Virus record (IMG/VR): IMGVR_UViG_3300009159_000032
DNA length: 64,000 nt
Source: a virus
Reading direction: 5' to 3' (one strand)
The notes under the pieces are model-generated. The model was not told the origin of the DNA. It ran no database searches and saw only the letters and a program-made list of their open reading frames with translations. Shown piece after piece: positions 1 to 14,823 of the stretch (its first letter is position 1; every line of letters starts with the position of its first letter). The position numbers and the translations under genes were made by a program.

Positions 1-1
1 A

Positions 2-832
2 TCAACCCGTAAACTTGTAGAAAGAGTAGGTACACTTGATGACAATCTTCGAATGGTTAGGATTAGCAGCGACATTTTGCCTGTGTATACTCAGTGCAAT
101 TATAGTTATTTTTGGACCCAACCCAGTGTTAGAAGTTATTGCGAGATTCACTTTGCTGAAGTAGGACGCATAGCACGTGAACAAGATGTGCGTCTTAGTA
201 TGCATCCAGGCCAGTTTACAGTATTAGCCAGTGAAAATCCTGGCATTGTGGAACGTAGTATTGAAGAATTTGAATACCATGCAGACATGGCTCGCTGGAT
301 GGGCTATGGCTGTAAATTTCAAGACTTTAAAATAAATGTACATATAAGTGGAAAACAAGGTCCTGCTGGTATTAGGGCCGCACTTAAACGACTTTCGCCA
401 GAGGCACGAAACTGTATTACTATCGAGAATGACGAGATTTCCTGGGGACTCGATGCTAGCCTGGAACTTGAAAAAGACCTTGCTCTAGTATTAGATATTC
501 ATCACCATTGGATTAACACAGGAGAATATATTGAAGCAAACGATGACCGCATTAAAAGGGTTATTGATAGCTGGCGCGGTGTCCGGCCTGTTATACATTA
601 CAGTGTTAGCCGTGAAGATGTACTCGTCGATCATGACCCTAGAAGTCGCCCTGCTTTGGAGTCTTTGCTTGTAGAAGGCTATAAAAAATCTAAACTTCGA
701 GCACACAGTAATTTCTATTGGAATGAACCAGTTAACCAGTGGGCACTGACACACAGTGAATGGGCTGATATTATGTGCGAGAGTAAAGGTAAGAATCTTG
801 CCAGTTTTGCACTTTATGAACAATCAAAATAA
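2..832 (+). CDS. uvsE: UV damage endonuclease (UvsE/UvdE family), 5' end beyond window
   Basis: Motifs RISSDILP, SMHPGQF, IENDE, LVLDIHH, PVIHYS, DIMCESKGK. The frame is open from position 2 (STRKLVERV...), so the track's ATG at 53 is internal. Confidence 0.9.
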   Translation, partial: STRKLVERVGTLDDNLRMVRISSDILPVYTQCNYSYFWTQPSVRSYCEIHFAEVGRIAREQDVRLSMHPGQFTVLASENPGIVERSIEEFEYHADMARWMGYGCKFQDFKINVHISGKQGPAGIRAALKRLSPEARNCITIENDEISWGLDASLELEKDLALVLDIHHHWINTGEYIEANDDRIKRVIDSWRGVRPVIHYSVSREDVLVDHDPRSRPALESLLVEGYKKSKLRAHSNFYWNEPVNQWALTHSEWADIMCESKGKNLASFALYEQSK

Positions 833-1101
833 TGTTTGGCAGCAACTACAACGATCATAGAGCCAGCCTAGGATACTCAGTTAGAAGTAGGAAAGAAATG
901 GACCAAGCATTTTATAATCGAGCTCAGTGGTCATTGAAGTTTGCATTAGTTCCACACAGATGCGACATAACTAAAAAACTTGTTTGGCTAGACTATGCGT
1001 ATCGTGGCGTTGCTATATGGACTGGTCCAGGAGACGATGCTATCGAAACTCGCTGGCATAGCAAGCTCGAACATGTAATATTCCAATTAAAAAGGGCTTA
1101 A
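832..1101 (+). CDS. hypothetical protein
   Basis: 89 aa ORF overlapping the uvsE stop (TAATG) and ending at a terminator. Confidence 0.7.
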   Translation: MFGSNYNDHRASLGYSVRSRKEMDQAFYNRAQWSLKFALVPHRCDITKKLVWLDYAYRGVAIWTGPGDDAIETRWHSKLEHVIFQLKRA

Positions 1102-1111
1102 AAGCCCTTTT
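1090..1111. terminator. bidirectional intrinsic terminator
   Basis: aaaagggctt-aa-aagccctttt inverted repeat between convergent genes, with A and T tracts. Confidence 0.8.
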
Positions 1112-1112
1112 A

Positions 1113-1469
1113 TTATTTTGCCGTTTTAGCAGTTTTCTTTACTGCTGGTTTTTTAGCAGGAGTTGCTGCCTTTAGCTCACGCGGTTTGCGTGGCTTTTTA
1201 GCAGGTGTAGCACCACTAATATCCATTGGTTCTAGATCAAGTGCAACTGCAACTGGATCAACCTTGTTTTCTACAACAGTGGTCACAGCTTCTGCCGCTG
1301 TAGAAGTAGCAGGTGCAACATCACTAGTTTTAACATGAATTTTTCCATCGGCTACCTTATTGCCAAAAGGCCATTCTTTATTGTCGTTGACAGATTCTGT
1401 CGGTTTCTTTTCTCTAAAAATCATGTATAGCACTGCTACACATACTATCGCTAATAAAATATATCCCAT
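1113..1469 (-). CDS. small membrane-anchored protein with Lys/Ala/Pro-rich tail
   Basis: Likely start MGYILLAIVCVAVLY (AGGAG SD upstream). N-terminal TM helix and C-terminal ATPAKKP repeats. Confidence 0.75.
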   Translation of the reverse strand: MGYILLAIVCVAVLYMIFREKKPTESVNDNKEWPFGNKVADGKIHVKTSDVAPATSTAAEAVTTVVENKVDPVAVALDLEPMDISGATPAKKPRKPRELKAATPAKKPAVKKTAKTAK

Positions 1470-1504
1470 TCTAATCTCCTTGCAAGTAAGTATTGAATAC
1501 AGTT

Positions 1505-1510
1505 TATTTA
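1505..1510 (-). promoter_or_regulatory. putative T4-type late promoter TAAATA
   Basis: TAAATA on the - strand about 35 nt upstream of the 1469 start. Confidence 0.45.
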
Positions 1511-1618
1511 ATACTACGTTAATGACCAGACAAAAAAACATTCTACGTGCTTTGACTAACTTAAAATAAATACTTGTTAGAATACTACCTGCAAAAATTT
1601 GGCAGATTTTTACCATAA

Positions 1619-1624
1619 TAAATA
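1619..1624 (+). promoter_or_regulatory. putative T4-type late promoter (A)TAAATA
   Basis: 21 nt upstream of the tail operon ATG, inside a taccata/tatggta palindrome. Confidence 0.65.
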
Positions 1625-1645
1625 TGGTATAGTACAGAGGAAAAC

Positions 1646-4600
1646 ATGGCTACTCAACAACTTATTAACATCGGAAGTCAACCAAATGACGGCACAGGCG
1701 ACAGCGTTTATGTTGCTTTTCAGAAAGTAAATTCCAACTTTAACGACATCTTTACGCTATTAGGCTATGGTGCTGGTTTCAGCTTTCTAAGATTAAAAGA
1801 AGCGCCGGGGTCGTTAACTCCTAATGCAATTATGCAGGTCAATGCTTTAGGTACAAAATTTGTTAATAAAACACTAGTTGCAGGCACAGGTATGACTATT
1901 GACACTGTGTCGAGCTCAACTGAAATTAGAATTATCAATACATCAAGCAGACTAGTAACAGATAGAAGTCCACAACTAGGCGGGGATTTAGACGGTCAAG
2001 GATCTTTTAATTTAATCAACATGGATACTACTTCTCCGCATAATGATTATGATGCTGTTAGTAGAAAATGGGTCTACGAAAACTTTTTAAATAGAGACGG
2101 TGTTACAGTTTACGATACAACAAGCAGTTTCGAAATTCCTTATAATCAAAAGAGTGTTTTACGAGATAACATCGAAATGTCTTCGGTTCCAGTAGAACCA
2201 ACACACCTTGTAAACAAAACTTATGTCGACGATCTAATCGAAACCAGCGGTTTTGCCAGTCGAACAAACTTTTATGTTTCGACAAACGGTGACGATAACA
2301 GATTTAATATTCCTACCTACAAGAGAGGTAGAAATTTTGCCTATGCTTTTAAGACTGTTAACAGAGCTGCTAAAGCTGCACAACAATTTATTGACGCCAG
2401 TGAGATTGTTCTAGGTCCTTATCAAAAGACCATTACGCATGCCGAAGGTTTATATAAATCAACGGTAGCTGCTATTACAACCAGCACAATATTGCCAGCA
2501 AGCTCATTTGGTATAAGATTACGTGTTGATTTAGACGCAAGTTCAATTAATATTGGCACCGACCCGTATATTAACCGTAGTATTTTTCCAGGAAATTATC
2601 TTATTGGGGCATCTAGTGAAGCAGTAGGATTGATTGAATCTATTGTATTGGACCCAATCAATGGTTATGAATACTATGATATCACTCCTTACGATTATGC
2701 CAAACCATACAGAATCACTGCTACTCCTGATAACGTATTAGATACCAGTGTCGAATTTACATTTGGAGTAGGAGAAACAATTGATATTCCAGATTTCTGG
2801 ATTGGCTATAAATTTGTAATTTCAAATTCTAGTTATAACGTTATTGGATATGGTACTATTACTGCAATTAATACTACCTATGATGCATCACTAAATGTTG
2901 TGGATACCGTTACTGTTGACTTTAGTAACGGTCAATTACCGCCAACAGACAACACTATTGACTTTGATAAATGGCATGTTTTTACTGCTGACTACGAACT
3001 AGGTGAAGAACTGCAATGGGGTCAAAGACAAAATAAAAATCAATGTTCGATCATGATCGAATCTGGTGAACACGAAGACCAATATCCAATTAAAATTTCT
3101 GAAAACGTGTCTTTACGTGGAGATGAATTTAGACGTAGTATTCTTAAACCAGCACCTTTATTTGGTACACGATTACCAAGTATTAGTTCATCTAAATGGG
3201 CAAATACATATTTCTTTAGAGATACACAGACTGACGGTATTATTACCGCTCCTATAAACACAGCAACAGATTATAATAGTGCCGGTAGTTCTATTACTAT
3301 TGATGCTGTAAATAATAATAGTATAACTGGTGTTGTAACTGTTACTCTTGCTATTGGTACTGCACCAACTGCATGGATTGGTAAGGTATTTAAAACCAGC
3401 GGATCTATTGATGCTATAGGTGAAGTTAAAGCGGTAAATGGTCCTACATTCACAGTCGCACTAGCTCAAAATAGCGAATACAGAAAAGAAGTAGGTAATT
3501 ATTCAGCAGGTGCAACCATTGCTAGTGCCGATTGGCATTTGTATAATCCTGTAAATTATGCATACCACTATCTTAGAGATCCTCTAAGACCAGTTGATAC
3601 ACTGACTACAATTACAAATTATGGCGGTATTAATAATGCTGCTATCCTACTTGAGTCAAACAAAGAATTTATTAAAGCAGAGTGTATAGCATATCTTATA
3701 GCAACATTCACATCATTTGTATTTGATCAAGACAAATGTGCTCGAGACCTTGGAATTATTGTCGATTCTCTAGTCTACGATTTAAGAAGCGGTGGTAATA
3801 ATAGAACCATCAATGCTGGCGATAGTTATAGAGAAGTTGCTGTTGTTAAACAAACTCAGCTAACTGAAACTGTGGCTGCAATCGGGTATATTAATCAGAT
3901 CGGTCAGTCTATCATTAATAATGTAGCAGTTGCTCCTATTAGATCTAGCGAGACTCAGGTATATGATGTAACATTAACCACTGAACTTGTTGCAAGTAGT
4001 ATTCTATACGATCTAGTAAGAGCTTGTTATAGAATTGTTAACAACGATCCAGACTTTAATCCTCCAAAATATAACGATCAAATGGACGTTTTATTGATGA
4101 ATGACGCTACATTGAATCGATATGTTAGTGCTCAGGGCCATGGCGGATTTATGAAAGTATTAGATCCAGATGGTCAAATCTTAGCTAAATCGCCGTACAC
4201 ACAAACTTGTTCAAGTTTTTCAAAGAGCTATAATAGACAAGTATTCAGTGGCGGTATGTTTATTGATGGCTTTGCAGGAAATACCAAAGTTACACCAGCA
4301 TACATCACAACCAGCACTCAAGGATTTCCTACTAAAATCAGTGCTACTACTACAGGTAGTATGGGACGTCCTTCTATTATACCAGGCGAAGGATACATTA
4401 GACCACAAACACCTTGTTTCTTTGTAAACAAAGGAATTACCTATGAAGTTAGCTTTATCAGCGAATGGGACGGTACTAACGGTACCGGCGGATTAAATAT
4501 CAACCCATTGCGTCCAGGAGGTATTGCCAGCGTTCCTGCAATCAGTGCCACTGGATTTATGACAGGCTCTACTCAGACTGTTACTGTGAGATTTAGTGCT

Positions 4601-7600
4601 CCGACACAAAGCGGAGGATTAACAGCTACAGGTACCGCTGTGATCAGTCATTTAGGCGCTGTTACAGCTCTTAATGTTACATTCCCAGGTACAGGATATA
4701 CTAACGGAACATACACCAATGTATCAATAGGAGCACCAACTATTATTATTGGCGGTGCAAGATTAAGTTGGACACTAAGCTCAACAGGATCAGTTACTGC
4801 TTGTACAATTATCGACGGCGGTTTAGGTTATGCAATAGGTACAAAAATTACCTTTCCATCAGGACCTGTTAGTACAGCAACAGGTGTTGTCTCAACTGTT
4901 GATGGATTTGGTAAAATAACAGGAATAACAATCAACAACGGTGGGGGTGGGTATTTGTCTGACCCTCCTGTAACTTTTGGTACAAATCTTACCTATACTG
5001 TAAATGTTAAACCAGGATTTAATGTCACTGCTGATAATCCTTTACCATCAGATATCACGCTAATAACTGCTGGTAATCGAAGTATGCTAGCCAATGACTT
5101 TACACAAATCAACGACCTTGGCTACGGAATTTTCTGTACCAATGGTGGACTTGTTGAAAACGTTAGTATGTTTACATACTATTGCTACAGTGCGTACTAT
5201 GCTCTTAACGGTGCTCAATGCCGTAGTATTGCAGGTTCTACATCAAATGGTCTAAATGGTCTAAAGGCAGAAGGCAGCGATCCTTTAGAAGTTCCTGTTG
5301 GTGTTAGAAACAAATATCCTATGAGTCAGATAGCTACAGTAAATGCCGTAGCGACTTACACTAATTTCATAAATGATTTTACACTGTACGTAGATGGGTT
5401 GACATATCCTCCAACTGCACAGAGTCAAATTGAAGTAAATCACAGTGGTACTGTTCAAATATATCTTATTAGAGCAGCACAACAAGACGAATCTGATAGT
5501 AATGTTTATAGTTTATCTATTGACGACGGTGCCGGCGGTGGCTTAGTTGCTGCTGTAGAAGATAATAGACCAGTTATAATTAGAACTTACTATAATCAAA
5601 CATTGTTAGATCTTAATGCCGCAACATTGTCTCGTCCTAGCACTGTGTTAACATACACTGAAGATCCCACATACGTTTATCGTATTTTAAGTTATGCTGA
5701 TCTTGGCGCAGATACTGCACTTGCAGAAGGCGATAGCCCTTACAATTATATTATTATAAGTCCGTATACTGAAAATGACCGATTTAGACAAGGTTTAGGA
5801 AATATCACTGTCACTGCTGGCGGCAGTGGTTATACACCAAGCTCAACTGTAGATGCTGTTATTCCTGCACCAAGCACTGCCGGTACCGGTACTGTGGCAG
5901 TAACTTCAGCAAATACTGATCTTATATATCTAAGTGCCGGATATAATACAATTATGCCAGGTAGTAGAGTTACACTAACATCAGGTGGTGGAGATCCTAA
6001 CGGTGTTCCAACTTATGTTACCTGGGTTGATTCAACTAAAACTGCGGTTAGAGTTAATAAAGCATGGACTTGGACTAGCAGTACTGCTTTAACATTCTCT
6101 GGCACACAAGCAGCAGGTTATGGAGTTACTAACAGCTCCGGAGTCATAACTCATGTAGTACTAAGTAACCAAGGTTCTGGATATTCAGGAACCAGTGTCC
6201 GTAATATTACATTTGCTTCAGGTACAGGTACAGCCACAGCTTATGCAGTTGGTGTAACAGGCGCTACAAAAATTAAAATTGTCGATTTAGATGTTACAAG
6301 TCAAGCTAGACTATCGTCGGGATTTTCTAATGGATGGTACTATACATTCGGTCACGAAGGTATAATGTATAAAGTTACAGGTTATACCAACGCATTAACT
6401 ACTAAAAATGACTGGGGAGAACTAACTGTAGAACGTCTAAGTGACGGTGGTTCTATATCAAATGATATTCTTCAAACTGAACTAAAGGCAGGTATCACAG
6501 CCAACCAATCGGGACAGGTGACTTCAAGAATATCAACAATGCGTGTTACAGGACACGATTTCTTAAACGTTGGAACAGGCGGTTATGCTGATAGTAAATA
6601 TCCAAATGATCTATACGGTCCTCCAAACAATCCAGTAGACAGTGCTTTAGAAGTTCAACAGGTTGGTAAGGGTCGTGTTTATTATGCAACCACTGACCAA
6701 GATGGTAATTTTAAAGTTGGAGAATTTTTTAGTGTTGATCAAGGACGAGGTACTGTAAGTATCAGTGCGCCAGTGGCGTTAACTAACGTTGACGGTATTA
6801 GTTTTAAACGCGGTCAATCACTAATACAAAAATTCTCTGTAGATGGCACTATGGGAGGAAACAGTAACAATGCTGTTCCAACAGAACGTGCTATACAAAG
6901 TTACGTTAACAATAGATTAGGTATTAATAAAAACAATACAGTAGCAGGTGTTCAACTTCTAGGTAGCGGCTTCTTAGATCTAGGCGGCGTCCTTGATATG
7001 AAAGCTAATATCAAGATGGGAACTAACCGTGTTACCAACATGGGTGATCCAGTCAATCCTCAAGATGCGGTTACTAAAGCGTGGGGAGATTTAAATTACG
7101 TCAACACCAGCGGCGATACCATGGTTGGTACTTTAGCTACACAGATCTTAGAACCAACCACTAACGGTACTTACAGAATAGGCAATACTGGCAAAGCCTA
7201 TACAAACATATATGCCAATAACTTTGTTGGGACAGCATCAAGAGCATTGGTTTTTAATACTGCAAGAACAATATCATTTACAGGTGATGTAACTGGTTCA
7301 TTCTCATTAGATGGCAGTACTGATATTAGCACAGCACTAACTATTGCTGCTAATAGTGTAGCATTAGGTACTGATACAACAGGTGACTATGTTGCTACGG
7401 GTGCTACTAGCGGGTTTGGTATTAGCGGAAGTACTTCTGGTGAAGGTCAAACATTCACTGTTACTTCTAATGCAACAAGTACCAACGCTGCTAACACTAT
7501 TGTATTTAGAGATGCATCTGGTGTGTTTGGCGGAACTGCTGTACAAGCACAATACGCCGACTTGGCAGAAAAATATGTTCCAGACGCTCATCATTCTCCT

Positions 7601-7927
7601 GGTACTGTTATGATCTTCGGCGGTGACAAAGAAGTTACTGCTGCTAGAGATTATATGGATAGAAGAATTGCAGGAGTGGTTTCTACCAATCCAGCTTACA
7701 TGATGAACAGCGAGCAAGACGGCGGAATTTATATTGCTCTTGTGGGGCGTGTACCATGTAAAGTTGTAGGTAAAATTAAGAAAGGTGATATGCTGGTATC
7801 TAGCGGAGCGCCCGGAGTTGCTACGGCAGAAAAGAATCCTGCATTAGGATCTGTAATTGGTAAAGCACTTGAAGATTACGATAGTCAGACAGTCGGAGTT
7901 ATTGAAGTTGTAGTAGGAAGAATTTAA
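1646..7927 (+). CDS. large tail fibre / baseplate-attached adhesin, 2093 aa
   Basis: N-terminus INIGSQPNDGTGDS...KVNSNFNDIF resembles the T4 gp9/gp10 anchor. Thr/Gly-rich beta repeats. C-terminal YADLAEKY...GRVPCKV...IGKALE Peptidase_G2-like chaperone domain. Confidence 0.85.
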   Translation: MATQQLINIGSQPNDGTGDSVYVAFQKVNSNFNDIFTLLGYGAGFSFLRLKEAPGSLTPNAIMQVNALGTKFVNKTLVAGTGMTIDTVSSSTEIRIINTSSRLVTDRSPQLGGDLDGQGSFNLINMDTTSPHNDYDAVSRKWVYENFLNRDGVTVYDTTSSFEIPYNQKSVLRDNIEMSSVPVEPTHLVNKTYVDDLIETSGFASRTNFYVSTNGDDNRFNIPTYKRGRNFAYAFKTVNRAAKAAQQFIDASEIVLGPYQKTITHAEGLYKSTVAAITTSTILPASSFGIRLRVDLDASSINIGTDPYINRSIFPGNYLIGASSEAVGLIESIVLDPINGYEYYDITPYDYAKPYRITATPDNVLDTSVEFTFGVGETIDIPDFWIGYKFVISNSSYNVIGYGTITAINTTYDASLNVVDTVTVDFSNGQLPPTDNTIDFDKWHVFTADYELGEELQWGQRQNKNQCSIMIESGEHEDQYPIKISENVSLRGDEFRRSILKPAPLFGTRLPSISSSKWANTYFFRDTQTDGIITAPINTATDYNSAGSSITIDAVNNNSITGVVTVTLAIGTAPTAWIGKVFKTSGSIDAIGEVKAVNGPTFTVALAQNSEYRKEVGNYSAGATIASADWHLYNPVNYAYHYLRDPLRPVDTLTTITNYGGINNAAILLESNKEFIKAECIAYLIATFTSFVFDQDKCARDLGIIVDSLVYDLRSGGNNRTINAGDSYREVAVVKQTQLTETVAAIGYINQIGQSIINNVAVAPIRSSETQVYDVTLTTELVASSILYDLVRACYRIVNNDPDFNPPKYNDQMDVLLMNDATLNRYVSAQGHGGFMKVLDPDGQILAKSPYTQTCSSFSKSYNRQVFSGGMFIDGFAGNTKVTPAYITTSTQGFPTKISATTTGSMGRPSIIPGEGYIRPQTPCFFVNKGITYEVSFISEWDGTNGTGGLNINPLRPGGIASVPAISATGFMTGSTQTVTVRFSAPTQSGGLTATGTAVISHLGAVTALNVTFPGTGYTNGTYTNVSIGAPTIIIGGARLSWTLSSTGSVTACTIIDGGLGYAIGTKITFPSGPVSTATGVVSTVDGFGKITGITINNGGGGYLSDPPVTFGTNLTYTVNVKPGFNVTADNPLPSDITLITAGNRSMLANDFTQINDLGYGIFCTNGGLVENVSMFTYYCYSAYYALNGAQCRSIAGSTSNGLNGLKAEGSDPLEVPVGVRNKYPMSQIATVNAVATYTNFINDFTLYVDGLTYPPTAQSQIEVNHSGTVQIYLIRAAQQDESDSNVYSLSIDDGAGGGLVAAVEDNRPVIIRTYYNQTLLDLNAATLSRPSTVLTYTEDPTYVYRILSYADLGADTALAEGDSPYNYIIISPYTENDRFRQGLGNITVTAGGSGYTPSSTVDAVIPAPSTAGTGTVAVTSANTDLIYLSAGYNTIMPGSRVTLTSGGGDPNGVPTYVTWVDSTKTAVRVNKAWTWTSSTALTFSGTQAAGYGVTNSSGVITHVVLSNQGSGYSGTSVRNITFASGTGTATAYAVGVTGATKIKIVDLDVTSQARLSSGFSNGWYYTFGHEGIMYKVTGYTNALTTKNDWGELTVERLSDGGSISNDILQTELKAGITANQSGQVTSRISTMRVTGHDFLNVGTGGYADSKYPNDLYGPPNNPVDSALEVQQVGKGRVYYATTDQDGNFKVGEFFSVDQGRGTVSISAPVALTNVDGISFKRGQSLIQKFSVDGTMGGNSNNAVPTERAIQSYVNNRLGINKNNTVAGVQLLGSGFLDLGGVLDMKANIKMGTNRVTNMGDPVNPQDAVTKAWGDLNYVNTSGDTMVGTLATQILEPTTNGTYRIGNTGKAYTNIYANNFVGTASRALVFNTARTISFTGDVTGSFSLDGSTDISTALTIAANSVALGTDTTGDYVATGATSGFGISGSTSGEGQTFTVTSNATSTNAANTIVFRDASGVFGGTAVQAQYADLAEKYVPDAHHSPGTVMIFGGDKEVTAARDYMDRRIAGVVSTNPAYMMNSEQDGGIYIALVGRVPCKVVGKIKKGDMLVSSGAPGVATAEKNPALGSVIGKALEDYDSQTVGVIEVVVGRI

Positions 7928-10680
7928 TGGCAACACCAATATGGTTAACCAAAGCAGGATTTTTAGCAACACTTACAGAAAGAACACCGGTTGATATTCC
8001 GTTTTCTGTAAGTGGGACTGACAGTCAGTTTTCTATTATTTCCGGTAATCTTCCAGACGGTATGGTATTGCTTGCAGAAACTAGTGCCACTACAACTTCA
8101 ACAATTGGTTATATTACCGGAAATCCAACTTCAGTTCCTGCTCCAATAACATCAACATTTGTTATACGTGCTAAGAATGATCAAGGTGTGAGTGACCAAA
8201 CCTTTACATTAGACACTGTTGGAGGTGTTGCTCCTTTATGGTTGACACCTAGCGGATTCCTGCACGTTGGAACCAGCGGAGAATGTTTTGCTGTCAACAA
8301 ACATATTATTGATTATCAAATGTCAGCAATACCAAATGTATTGTTTGAAAATATGAAATTGCGATACTATATTGCAGAAGGTGACGGACAGTTACCTTTA
8401 GGTCTAACAATCAACGAGGACGGTAGAATAACTGGTACTATTGACGAAATCACAGTAATTGAAGGCAGTGATAGTGCCAGTAGTGCGGGATACGACAATG
8501 AAAAATATGATAAGTATCCTTATGACGGTGCTGTAATAATTAACAACATTACTACTAAACCTACCTATATCAAAAAAATATATCAATTTTATGTTACAGC
8601 CACCGACGGATTCAATAGTACTCGTAAAATGTTTAAAATGCAGGTTGTGGATGTTAACAGTCTAAGAAGCGATACTAGTTATATCAGTGCTGACGCGGGC
8701 TGCTTCCAAGCAGGCAACAGTTATCTATATGCACCAATATGGTTAAGTCCTGCTAATCTAGGCATTCGTCGTGCCAATAACTATCAAATTGTCAGATTAA
8801 AGACCTACGAACCATTTCCTGAATTAGGTTCATCTAGATGGGAATGGGATATAGTCAGTGTCAATCCTGAAATAAAAGCATTTGCAGATAGCGAATTAGA
8901 AGTAGGACCATATGGTACTAACTATAATATTCGTGGATCAGTATTGAATTATCAAGACCTACCTTTTAATGCTGCTCAAGGCGATGTGTTTACTGTTCAA
9001 GAAGATGAAACGTTTTTAAATCAAACAAGAAGTTATATTTGGATTGGAACTGGTTGGGAGTATGTGAGCTTTTACCCCAAATACAATAGAACTGGAACTT
9101 CAACTGTACATGTTAAAAACTTAACTAGTTTACCCACTGTAGGACAACAATTTAGATTAGACAGTTATATCGATACAGTGTTTACAACTACATACACAAT
9201 TACATCAGTCAGCGGAAACACAGACTATTGTGCTATTGGGTTTAAACACAGTCCAGAACAAGTAGGCGATAGCATTGTTTATCGCACAGATCTATTAGAC
9301 GATATTCCTGATAACAGTATTTTCTTTTTCGGCAGTGCAGTAACCAAACCTGTAGGCTTTAAATTAAATTCCGAGACAGGGGATCTATACGGTCAAATTC
9401 CTTACATTCCTGCATACAGTATAGATTATAAATTCACAGTTAGAACTGTTAAAACTGATCGTGTCACTGGAGATACTAATCGCAGTGACAGAGTATTCCA
9501 ACTAAGATTACAAGGCAGTGTTAATACAGATCTAGATTGGATCACTACATCAACTGTGGGTGTAATTAAAACAGGCTATCAAAGCGAATTGAGCATCAAA
9601 GCAGAACATTTAAATTATCCAGAATTAGGTATACAGTATAGATTTGTAGACGGAGATCTACCTAACGGATTAGAATTTAAATCTGACGGAAGTATTATAG
9701 GAAAAATTCCTTATGGTGGTCTTACAGATATCGACTTAAATTTAGATACATTTTCTATAGACGGCGGTGATACTACTTTAGATAGAACTTACACATTCAC
9801 AGCAGAAGCAACCAACGCATATAGACTGGCTACAATTGATCAAGAATTTAAAATCTATATTGGTGATAATAGTAGAACTCCGTTCAGTAGCATTTATGTA
9901 AGACCATTTATGAATAGAAGTAAACGCAGAACATATCGAGAGTTTATCTATAACACTGATATATTTGACTATAAAACTTTGTATAGACCTTCTGACCCTG
10001 CATTTGGCCTGCAAACAGAAATCAAAATGACTCTAGAGCACGGTATCCAAAGATTAAACCTTGCAGAATATATTATTGGTCTACAATATTATTTTTACAA
10101 TAAAAGATTTTATTTTGGGGATGTAAAGTATCTGCCAGCCGAAGATGAAAAAGGAAATCATGTATACGATATCGTTTATCTAGATATTATTGATAGTAAC
10201 TTAAACATTTTAGGTAAAAGTCCAGATAGTATAAGTTTTTTAATTAATCAACAACTAGTTGATGTGTATACTGACAGTGTAATTAATTGGCAAAATAGTT
10301 TAGAAGGTATTTCTGTTTACGGCGAAACTATTAAAGTCGACGAATATCTTAGACCAAGATTTATGAGAACTATTCAACAAGAAACTGGTTCACCTTTAGG
10401 ATTTATTAAAGCCATGCCAATTTGTTATGTCAAACCTAACTATGGTTTTGAAACAATGCGTCGAATACAACTAAGTGGTTTTGATTTTAAAATTTTAGAT
10501 TTTGAAGTTGATCGACTGATCATAGATCAAACCTTTGATTATAGCGGCGATAAATACCTCAAGTTCCCAATTATAAACACAGATAAGAACAATGTAGCTG
10601 CTCGTCCGTTAAATGTACTTGCTGGACCAGACGGTGTTATCATTACTGACGAAAACGGAAACGAACTTTTAGTTGAATAA
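7927..10680 (+). CDS. putative baseplate/structural protein with Ig-like repeats
   Basis: 917 aa with repeated PxWxT..G.L and GxLPxGL..G.IxG Ig-like segments, translationally coupled within the tail operon. Confidence 0.65.
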   Translation: MATPIWLTKAGFLATLTERTPVDIPFSVSGTDSQFSIISGNLPDGMVLLAETSATTTSTIGYITGNPTSVPAPITSTFVIRAKNDQGVSDQTFTLDTVGGVAPLWLTPSGFLHVGTSGECFAVNKHIIDYQMSAIPNVLFENMKLRYYIAEGDGQLPLGLTINEDGRITGTIDEITVIEGSDSASSAGYDNEKYDKYPYDGAVIINNITTKPTYIKKIYQFYVTATDGFNSTRKMFKMQVVDVNSLRSDTSYISADAGCFQAGNSYLYAPIWLSPANLGIRRANNYQIVRLKTYEPFPELGSSRWEWDIVSVNPEIKAFADSELEVGPYGTNYNIRGSVLNYQDLPFNAAQGDVFTVQEDETFLNQTRSYIWIGTGWEYVSFYPKYNRTGTSTVHVKNLTSLPTVGQQFRLDSYIDTVFTTTYTITSVSGNTDYCAIGFKHSPEQVGDSIVYRTDLLDDIPDNSIFFFGSAVTKPVGFKLNSETGDLYGQIPYIPAYSIDYKFTVRTVKTDRVTGDTNRSDRVFQLRLQGSVNTDLDWITTSTVGVIKTGYQSELSIKAEHLNYPELGIQYRFVDGDLPNGLEFKSDGSIIGKIPYGGLTDIDLNLDTFSIDGGDTTLDRTYTFTAEATNAYRLATIDQEFKIYIGDNSRTPFSSIYVRPFMNRSKRRTYREFIYNTDIFDYKTLYRPSDPAFGLQTEIKMTLEHGIQRLNLAEYIIGLQYYFYNKRFYFGDVKYLPAEDEKGNHVYDIVYLDIIDSNLNILGKSPDSISFLINQQLVDVYTDSVINWQNSLEGISVYGETIKVDEYLRPRFMRTIQQETGSPLGFIKAMPICYVKPNYGFETMRRIQLSGFDFKILDFEVDRLIIDQTFDYSGDKYLKFPIINTDKNNVAARPLNVLAGPDGVIITDENGNELLVE

Positions 10681-10683
10681 AAT

Positions 10684-14819
<4,136 letters not shown>

Positions 14820-14823
14820 AATT

